Below, in pieces: positions 56,246-63,807 of a DNA stretch of 64,000 nt (position 1 is the first letter of the stretch; each line of letters opens with the position of its first letter). This stretch comes from Basidiobolus meristosporus CBS 931.73 (lineage: Eukaryota > Fungi > Basidiobolomycota). The position numbers were made by a program, and so were the translations under genes. The notes below the pieces were generated by a model. The model did not search any database. It was not told the origin of the DNA and saw only the letters and a program-made list of their open reading frames with translations. Where the stretch lies: NCBI GenBank assembly GCA_002104905.1, contig MCFE01000257.1, positions 48,326-112,325 on the forward strand, written 5' to 3'.

Positions 56246-56490
56246 AAAAAGAAAGAAAATGTATCTTGGATGAAAATTCTTTGCTACAAAGATGCTCCCA
56301 GGGGAAGAAATGAAAAATCTAATTAACAGATATACCCTGCTGGTTGATGAGATGGAATCTGTGGGCGTACCAACTACTGATGAGGATGTGATAGTTACCC
56401 TCCTGAATAGCCTGGTAGACAAGTTTCAGGGCCTTGTATTAGGTCCAGAGTCTAGAACTGAAGATTTGACCTTAAATAAAGTATATGTAA
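56246..56490 (+). mobile_element. Copia gag internal fragment fused directly to the telomere relic
   Basis: LLVDEMESVGVPTTDEDVIVTLLNSL.DKFQGLV..ESRTEDLTL matches gag at ~5010-5200. Confidence 0.8.
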
Positions 56491-56663
56491 GGCTCATTCC
56501 ATCTGGATCCCCATCTTGGTAAGAGGACTCTTCATTCCGGAAACACAGAGCCTGCCTAACACCAACTCTCGATAGTCTATATCCTCCCCAATTAAGTCGT
56601 GAGATGGTCGTTGGTGGGTGCTGGGTTTGGAACTTCCAGTAAGTTTGTACGGCCTTCCTCGCC

Positions 56664-56891
56664 TTGCCGGGTTCGCAACCCATAACCCATCTATTCCGGG
56701 GTTTTCATGTGCCGAAGCATGAAAAGGTGATCTCCCGGTCGGAAAGATTCTTCCCCAAGCTGCTGATTCCCATTATCCTGGCTGCGCACGCTGCACTGGA
56801 GATCGTCTTCAAGTTCAAGTTCTATTCGTACACCATCAGCTTCAAGGTGATCAGAGACAGGACCAACAACATCCTAGACAGTGCACAGTAG
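56664..56891 (+). pseudogene. Possible orphan 3' gene fragment
   Basis: CpG-rich with strong third-position C/G bias (..ATC GTC TTC AAG TTC AAG TTC..) ending in TAG; no ATG or homology recognised. Confidence 0.3.
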
Positions 56892-58110
56892 CCTCTCCAC
56901 CATCTCCCCTTTATTTGTCATTTGATGATGTTGATACACGTATACATGAATTAAATGCTCCTTGTTTTGATCAATCTGGTTCGATGGAAGCGACACGAAA
57001 TAGTCAAGTGGTGACGTTTATGTAACATATTCTAGGAAATCGATTAGCGTATGTTGAACCATAGTCTTATGCGTCCCTACCATCAGGCAAGTGGCGAATG
57101 CATAGTACAGAAATGAAGACCAAGCATACACTCCACCGACGACCAACAGGAACGTCAGCACTCGAAGCATTGCTCCTTGAAAATGCCCCTAGATCTGAGT
57201 AAATAATGTTGACCAGCGAGTCGTTTTGCATGCCAAAAGAATTCCCAGATTTGGTTAATCATTCTTGAGGTAGCAAGCTCGTGGATCGTCTGAATGATGG
57301 CGCCACATTTTGAATGGTGTCCAACATCTTCCCACCTTTCAAACCTCCAGGCACAGTTAATTAGAATTGAGTCCTCTCTGGTAGCAACCGTCGCCTTGTA
57401 TAAGTACATGTGTTCATCAAGATAACGTACGAAGGAGAGCACCTCTTCTTGGCTTGAAAATAGGCAAATGATTTAACCCTGAAACATGTATCACGCTCTT
57501 AAACAGCTGGTTTCCCTTACTTGAGGGGAAATCCGATTGTAGTTTCTGGTTTGGGTTGTCGTCAGTAGTTACGTGATCCAAGTGGTGAGGGAGAGGTGAG
57601 CTTGATTTTGTATGAGGCTGCTTTACGAGTGTTCTATGTTGTGTGCTGAATGGGTATCAGTGGAGTTTGAGTTTTGATGGCAGAAGGATCACACACGATA
57701 CAATATTTACTCGCCGAGAAGATCCTTGTAAACAAACCTAACAACAAGCAGTGGCACATGCGGCTGGATAACCGTTCCTTTCCTACTTCACTCCATCTAG
57801 GTAGGGTGTGTATTGAAATTGGTCACGTGCGGGATTTCTTTATGTCAACGGAAGGTTTGCTGCAGCATGTTACAATGGGAAATATGCAGCCAAGTACATG
57901 GAGGCAGGTATGAAGAATGCGGGGGAATAAGGTTGAGTCCACACAATAGACAGATTTCATATTCATCAAGATGTGCCTTGGCTTACTGAGACACCACTGG
58001 AGTGAAAAAGGGGCAGTAAGGGAGGGTGTGGGGTACCCCATACTTTCCTCCGAGGTGAGTATAAATTGATCAAGACACTCACTTGGCAGTATATCTCTCT
58101 CAACAACAAA

Positions 58111-59439
58111 ATGAAATTCTCCGCACCCAGAATCTTGTGCTTCCTCTCTGGTTTGGCTGCAATCAACGCCGCAGCTTTCGATAGAAGACTACAGGCAAGA
58201 AGTGGTGGAACTTACGAAGTGACCGATCTATTCGACGGAGGGAATGAAAGTGGTGGTAGCGGAGCTGGCGCTTATGGCCCCGGAAATGGTGATAACGGAA
58301 GTGGCGGTAACGGCAATGGAGGCAATGGTGATGGCAGTGGCAACGGTGGTAACGGGGCCGGTGCTTACGACTCTGGAAACGGCAACGGCGGTAATGGAAA
58401 TGGAGGAGATGGAGATGACAATGGTAATGGAGGCAATGGAGCCGGTGCATATGGCTCTGGCAATGGTGGAAGCGGAAATTGCGGTAACGGCAATGGAGGC
58501 AATGGTAATGGAGGCGATGGGAACGGTGGTAACGGAGCCGGTGCTTACGACTCTGGAAACGGCAACGGCGGTAACGGAAATGGAGGAAATGGAGATGGCA
58601 GTGTTAATGGAGGCGATGGGAACGGTGGTAACGGAGCTGGTGCTTACGACTCTGGTAGTGGTGGAAATGGAAATGGCGGTAACGGCAATGGAGGCAATGG
58701 TGATGGCAGTGGCAACGGTGGTAATGGAGCCGATGCTTACGACTCTGGAAACGGTAACGGCGGTAATGGAAATGGAGGAAATGGAGATGGCAATGGTAAT
58801 GGAGGCAATGAAGCCGGTGCATATGGCTCTGGCAATGGTGGAAACGGAAACGGCGGTAATGGAAATGGAGATGGCAATGGTAATGGAGGCAATGAGAACA
58901 GTGGCAACGGAGCTAGTGCTTACGACTCTGGTAATGGTGGAAATGGAAATGGCGGTAACGGCAATGAAGGCAATGGTGATGGCAGTGGCAACGGCGGTAA
59001 TGGAAATGGAGATGGCAATGGAGACGGTGGCAACGGAGCCGGTGCATACGACTCTGGCGATGGTGGAAACGGAAATGGCGGTAACGGCAATGGAGATGGT
59101 AATGGAGGCAATGGCAACGGCGGTAATGGAAATGGCAATGGAGGCAACGGAGCCGGTACATATGACTCTATCAATGGTGGAAACGGAAACGATGGTAACG
59201 GCAATGGTAATGGAGGTATTGGCAACGGTGGTAACAACGCTGGTAACAATGTTGGTGCTTATGACTCTGAAAACGGCAACGGCGGTAATGGAAATGATGT
59301 CACTGGAGGCGGCAATGAAAATGGTGGTAACGGAGCTGGTGCTTATAACTCTGGAAATGATGGACACGGGAACGGAGGCAATGGCTCTGGAAGTGCTAAT
59401 GGGAATGGTGCCAGCAACGGTAATGGTGATTGTCAGTAA
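58111..59439 (+). CDS. Secreted Gly/Asn-rich repetitive protein (442 aa) with 12 GAGAY(D/G)SG-like motifs
   Basis: ATG 58111: MKFSAPRILCFLSGLAAINA signal, then DRR (possible Kex2 site); GN repeats; AATAAA at ~59490. Confidence 0.85.
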   Translation: MKFSAPRILCFLSGLAAINAAAFDRRLQARSGGTYEVTDLFDGGNESGGSGAGAYGPGNGDNGSGGNGNGGNGDGSGNGGNGAGAYDSGNGNGGNGNGGDGDDNGNGGNGAGAYGSGNGGSGNCGNGNGGNGNGGDGNGGNGAGAYDSGNGNGGNGNGGNGDGSVNGGDGNGGNGAGAYDSGSGGNGNGGNGNGGNGDGSGNGGNGADAYDSGNGNGGNGNGGNGDGNGNGGNEAGAYGSGNGGNGNGGNGNGDGNGNGGNENSGNGASAYDSGNGGNGNGGNGNEGNGDGSGNGGNGNGDGNGDGGNGAGAYDSGDGGNGNGGNGNGDGNGGNGNGGNGNGNGGNGAGTYDSINGGNGNDGNGNGNGGIGNGGNNAGNNVGAYDSENGNGGNGNDVTGGGNENGGNGAGAYNSGNDGHGNGGNGSGSANGNGASNGNGDCQ

Positions 59440-59683
59440 CTCATAGAGCTATAGTAGAATGATCATGTATTTAAAGTCTATTTAATCCATAAATAAATTT
59501 GCTCAGTAGATGGAATGCCATTTTGTGTGATGTTGCTTCTCTATATGTTTTGTGGTTTTGTATTTGAAGCAAAATATGGCTATATATGTTTTCATCCCTT
59601 TATTTATGGAGATTATGGTCAAGGGGAGAGCAGGAAAGTGATGATTGTGGATTCATTGACACAGTTGGACTAGTTGTGTATGC

Positions 59684-60175
59684 TTAGGGGGAGGAAAGTC
59701 ACCAAGTGGTGCAATCTTTATTTACTTATGACAAGTATCTAAAGAAGCCAAGTTAATCTGAAGTAATTCCTAGAAAGCTAGGTCTGAGAGGTATCTTCCT
59801 GGTAAGCCAGGTCTGAGAGTTGAGAAGCTGAGTGGTACTGTATTTCCTAGTAAGCTAGGTCTGAGAATTGAGAATCTGAGTATATCTCAGGTGAAGTGTA
59901 CTGATTTGCGGTAGCTGATTTGTGGCCGGAATGGCCAGTAGACTGGGGGAACTGAGGGAAATATCTGGGCGATCACTGGCCAAATTTACTAGGCAAATCT
60001 GACCAATTAGCATTTCAAGGATTTCAGCCAATCAGAGCCTTTACTTTGCCTGATGGTTGATCAAGCCATTTCCCAATGAGCACACATCAATTTACGGATC
60101 AAATTTTGTTGGATCCAGGATTTGAACTCACAACCATGGGTATGGAAGGGTTAGGGATAACCACAAGGCTAAGTG
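59684..60175 (-). mobile_element. Telomeric tRNA-derived SINE, copy 1 (492 bp; three hairpin repeats)
   Basis: Box A/Box B head at ~60118-60171, shared 3' tail at 59684; similar to 62080-62604 but lacking one ~30-bp repeat unit. Confidence 0.8.
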
Positions 60176-62061
60176 TTAGGGGGGAGACAGTCACCAACTG
60201 GTGAAATCTTTATTTCAGTTGAAACAAAGAAGCCAGCGCTACTGTTGTAGCTTTGATACAAGAGTGTGTAGCTGAAGGGAATTTGTAGGTAAGTTAATAA
60301 GAAGTGATGTTAGTTCTTCAGTGCTCAAGACACTGTTCAGTGGGAAGGGGGGTAGCAAGAGAGGTAAGAATGACTTGTGAACAACATTAATGAGGGGAAT
60401 GTGATAAGGATTGATATTCATCATAAAGGGAGTGTGCTGCTGCAGATATTGCTGCCAAAGGTCTGTCAAGTACTTCAGGTAGGCCAGCTTGGGTTTTTCT
60501 GACTGCAGAATATAGTGAGCAAACTTCTTGACTTCAGGATCTCCAAGTATAGTTCTCCAGCAGGAGCCAGGTGTTGTGTGGTGTGTTCTCTTCCAGGCCT
60601 TAATCAGTGGGTTGTTGCAGTTGTGAAGTCTGAGGTATAATCTGGTTCTAAGGTAGAGAAGTCTGATCTTATAGGGCATAAACCCAAAAGCACCAAGAAT
60701 AGCATGTCGGTAGGGGCATTCAGGCAAATGAGGCACCAAGGAGGTAATGCACCATACTGCAAACTTGTCAAGCTTAGTGCAGTCTCTAGAAGTAAGAGAG
60801 AGAAGTGGTAAGCCAAATTCCAGGACAGGGAAGACAAACTGCTTGAGTAGAAGGAGGCAGCTGGGAGCTGAAGTTGTAGGAGGAGTAACAGCCAGTAGCT
60901 TGTAGAGTGCCTGTCTTGCCAGGATAATTCTCTTCTTCAGGTGTGCTCCAGAGTCTAGTCCAGTAGGAAGGAAAGGAAAGCCAAGATATGTAGCAGAAAC
61001 CTGAGCAGGTAGAGTGGAGTTCTCCAAGTTGATGGGAGAGCCCAAAGGTACTGTCTTTGCAATGGAAAGCTGGAGATTATTCTTCTGCAGATACTGGTGG
61101 ATGGTCTGGGAGTCTTGTTGCACATTGGAGGTGGATATTCTGATGTCATCAGCAAAGAGAGTTACCAGGCAGTCAGCTGAGAGTCTTGGGAAATCATTCA
61201 GGAAGATGGCAAACAGTATAGGACCAAGCACAGAGCCTTGAACCACTCCATTAGGAACTGAGAACACAGCTGATTGCTCACTTGGGTGCAGAATTCTTGC
61301 TTGTGGATCCAGAAACAGAGACCTGACAAGGAGGGTGAGAGAGGTACTGGAGAAGCATTGCAACTTGGACCAAAGCAGATTTCTGTCAACTGAATCAAAG
61401 GCCTTAGTAATATCAAACAGAACAGAGGGATACTTGCACTGGAGAGAGTGATCTTGGCTAAGTATGACTGCATATTCCAAGGAGAGGCCAGGAACAAAGC
61501 CAAACTGTGCAGGATGAAACTTGAGGGAGTCAGAGTAGAGCTCCTGAGCAAGCAGAAGCTCAAACACCTTTCTGCAGGTGGGCAGCAGAGATATTGGCCT
61601 GTAGGAGCTAGGATCCAGGTGCTTTCCTTTACCCTTGTACAGTGGCAGAACATTTGCAAAGGACCATTCCTCAGGAGTAGAAAGCTGGGCTGAGCATTGC
61701 TGAAACAGTGGAAGCAGAAGTGCAGACATGGCCTTGGTACTAGTCTTCAGAAGCTCATAGGAGATTGTATCCACACCTGGAGCAGTAGAGTTGGGAAGCC
61801 TCTTGAGCACATTATGGATTCTCCTTTGATCAAGTGCAAGTGGGATGGGCAGAGTCTTGAAGTCAGGATGAAAGCCAGGAGTTGAGTACTGCTTTGTAGA
61901 GAAGAAGATGTTAGCCAGCTGTTCTGTTGAAGGTAACTTCCTGGAAGAGGGCCTCATTGCCCTGTAGAGTCTTGATACTGTTCTTGTTATAAAGTTGGAA
62001 GATTGCAGAGGCAAAGAACTCATAATATGATCCCAGAGCTGAGTATGCAGAGTGTGGCGAA
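60176..62061 (-). mobile_element. Telomeric non-LTR retrotransposon (RT element), 5' end capped by TTAGGG repeats
   Basis: Contains an intact LINE-type RT ORF; 3' tail homologous to the SINE and element B tails; no poly(A) or TSD visible. Confidence 0.9.
60239..62023 (-). CDS. Non-LTR (LINE-type) reverse transcriptase, 594 aa from the first ATG; no endonuclease domain visible
   Basis: APGVD, W..A.V.PLYK, YRPISLL, QFGF, DITKAFDSV, GVVQGSVLGP, LFADD, YLGF; frame stays open upstream through the telomeric repeats to 62101. Confidence 0.93.
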   Translation of the reverse strand: MSSLPLQSSNFITRTVSRLYRAMRPSSRKLPSTEQLANIFFSTKQYSTPGFHPDFKTLPIPLALDQRRIHNVLKRLPNSTAPGVDTISYELLKTSTKAMSALLLPLFQQCSAQLSTPEEWSFANVLPLYKGKGKHLDPSSYRPISLLPTCRKVFELLLAQELYSDSLKFHPAQFGFVPGLSLEYAVILSQDHSLQCKYPSVLFDITKAFDSVDRNLLWSKLQCFSSTSLTLLVRSLFLDPQARILHPSEQSAVFSVPNGVVQGSVLGPILFAIFLNDFPRLSADCLVTLFADDIRISTSNVQQDSQTIHQYLQKNNLQLSIAKTVPLGSPINLENSTLPAQVSATYLGFPFLPTGLDSGAHLKKRIILARQALYKLLAVTPPTTSAPSCLLLLKQFVFPVLEFGLPLLSLTSRDCTKLDKFAVWCITSLVPHLPECPYRHAILGAFGFMPYKIRLLYLRTRLYLRLHNCNNPLIKAWKRTHHTTPGSCWRTILGDPEVKKFAHYILQSEKPKLAYLKYLTDLWQQYLQQHTPFMMNINPYHIPLINVVHKSFLPLLLPPFPLNSVLSTEELTSLLINLPTNSLQLHTLVSKLQQ

Positions 62062-62085
62062 TTAGGGTTAGGGTTAGGGTTAGGG
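62062..62085 (+). repeat. Interstitial (TTAGGG)4 between the RT element and SINE copy 2
   Basis: Direct reading; the last repeat overlaps the SINE tail TTAGGGGGAGG. Confidence 0.95.
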
Positions 62086-62604
62086 GGAGGAAAGTCACCA
62101 AGTGGTGAAATCTTTATTTACTTATGACAAGTATCTAAAGAAGCCAAGTTAATCTGAAGTTATTCCTAGAAAGCTAGGTCTGAGAGATATCTTCCTGGTA
62201 AGCCAGGTCTGAGAGTTGAGAAGCTGAGTGGTACTATATTTCCTAGTTAGCTAGGTCTGAGAGAGGTTTCCTGGAAAGCCAGGCCTGAGAAGTGAGAATC
62301 TGAATATATCTGAGCTAAGTTATACTGGTTTGCGGTAGCTGAATTGTGGCCGGAATGGCCAGTAGACTGGGGGAACTGAGATGAATTTCTGGGCGATCAC
62401 TGGCCAAATTTACTAGACAAATCTGGCCAATTAGCATTTCTAGGATTTCAGCCAATCAGAGCCTTTACTTTGCCCGATGGTTGATCAAGCCATCTCCCAA
62501 TGAGCACACATCAATTTATTGATCAAATTTTGTTGGATCCAGGATTTGAACCCACAACCATGGGTATGGAAGGGTTAGGGATAACCACAAGGCTAAGTGT
62601 TCTT
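62080..62604 (-). mobile_element. Telomeric tRNA-derived SINE, copy 2 (525 bp)
   Basis: Box A TAGCCTTGTGG (62585-62595), Box B GGTTCAAATCC (62542-62552), four hairpin repeats, shared 3' tail. Confidence 0.85.
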
Positions 62605-63096
62605 GGTTAGGGGAGGGAAAGTCACCAAAGTAGGTGAAATCTTTATTTGATTTCAGACAAGTCTAACTACAAATAAAGAAGCCAGCTGGGAATAGAAGAT
62701 TCCCAAAGTAAACACCAAGTTGAATATGAATAAATCTAAGCTAAAGTTAAGGCAGTATCCCAGAGTACACTGGAGTTCAGGTTCATGGGGGAGTGAAGTA
62801 GATAAGCTTGAGAGATATAATAATCTTTGAGGAAGTGGGTAACAGCAGGTGAAGGGGAGTTTTTGATAAGTGAAGTGAATCTTGAGATCAGAGATTCCTC
62901 TAATGAGAAGGTCTTGTAAACTGGAGAATCAGGAAACTCTTTGAAGGCATGGTCAGTAGGTTCCCAGTAAAACTGGTCAGAGACATTTTGAGAGAACTCT
63001 TTAGCAATACTTTTGTCAAGTACTACCTCCAGAGTGTGATGGTTGATAAATCTCATGTTGACAATCTTGGATAAGTTGTAACCTTGTTGCTTGAGG
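62605..63096 (-). mobile_element. Telomeric element B, copy 1: 5'-truncated, non-RT ORF plus shared 3' tail
   Basis: Tail TTAGGGGAGGGAAAGTCACCAAAGTAGGTGAAATCTTTATTT; first ~200 bp repeated at 63622-63807. Confidence 0.75.
62736..63095 (-). CDS. 5'-truncated ORF of element B (ORF1/Gag-like by inference)
   Basis: Frame open from the truncation point (LKQQGYNLSKIVN-MRFINHHTLEVVLDK...SPAVTHFLKDYY) to the stop at 62736; no RT motifs. Confidence 0.55.
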   Translation of the reverse strand, partial: LKQQGYNLSKIVNMRFINHHTLEVVLDKSIAKEFSQNVSDQFYWEPTDHAFKEFPDSPVYKTFSLEESLISRFTSLIKNSPSPAVTHFLKDYYISQAYLLHSPMNLNSSVLWDTALTLA

Positions 63097-63621
63097 TTAG
63101 GGGGAGGAAAGTCACCAAGTGGTGAAATCTTTATTTACTTATGACAAGTATCTAAAGAAGCCAAGTTAATCTGAAGTAATTCCTAGAAAGCTAGGTCTGA
63201 GAGATATCTTCCTGGTAAGCCAGGTCTGAGAGTTGAGAAGCTGAGTGGTACTATATTTCCTAGTTAGCTAGGTCTGAGAGAGGTTTCCTGGAAAGCCAGG
63301 CCTGAGAAGTGAGAATCTGAATATATCTGAGCTAAGTTATACTGGTTTGCGGTAGCTGAATTGTGGCCGGAATGGCCAGTAGACTGGGGGAACTGAGATG
63401 AATTTCTGGGCGATCACTGGCCAAATTTACTAGGCAAATCTGGCCAATTAGCATTTCAAGGATTTCAGCCAATCAGAGCCTTTACTTTGCCCGATGGTTG
63501 ATCAAGCCATCTCCCAATGAGCACACATCAATTTATTAATCAAATTTTGCTGGATCCAGGATTTGAACCCACAACCATGGGTATGGAAGGGTTAGGGGCA
63601 ACCACAAGGCTAAGTGTTCTT
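63097..63621 (-). mobile_element. Telomeric tRNA-derived SINE, copy 3 (525 bp)
   Basis: Near-identical to copy 2, offset by 1017 bp. Confidence 0.85.
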
Positions 63622-63807
63622 GGTTAGGGGAGGGAAAGTCACCAAAGTAGGTGAAATCTTTATTTGATTTCAGACAAGTCTAACTACAAATAAAGAAGCC
63701 AGCTGGGAATAGAAGATTCCCAAAGTAAACACCAAGTTGAATATGAATAAATCTAAGCTAAAGTTAAGGCAGTATCCCAGAGTACACTGGAGTTCAGGTT
63801 CATGGGG
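63622..63807 (-). mobile_element. Telomeric element B, copy 2, truncated and capped by the telomere
   Basis: Identical to 62605-62790 up to CATGGGG, then TTAGGG repeats. Confidence 0.85.

Noticed and set aside
57155-57442. 95-aa minus-strand ORF
   Set aside because: Non-ATG start and no recognisable homology; cannot be supported.
58163-59446. Long alternative-frame and antisense ORFs (400 aa, 379 aa, His/Cys-rich ORFs)
   Set aside because: By-products of the GGN/AAY codon repeat; only the 58111 frame has a signal peptide.
60239-62023. Penelope-like (Athena/Coprina) or telomerase identity for the RT
   Set aside because: The motifs (YRPISLL, D..KAFDSV, QGSVLGP, FADD) are LINE-type.
62165-62283. 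CRISPR-like array of palindromic repeats
   Set aside because: Eukaryotic context, irregular short spacers, no cas genes; the repeats lie within a SINE.
62340-62410. Possible HDV-like or hammerhead ribozyme in the SINE (GGCCAGU/ACUGGCC 7-bp stem)
   Set aside because: No suitable P3/L3 or P1.1 GG after the stem, and no CUGANGA/GAAA core found; kept only as a generic stem.
62542-62604. Calling the SINE head a real tRNA gene or the true telomerase RNA
   Set aside because: No acceptor stem or proper anticodon arm. It is multicopy, embedded in a mobile unit with an RT-type tail, and no TER pseudoknot was identified.
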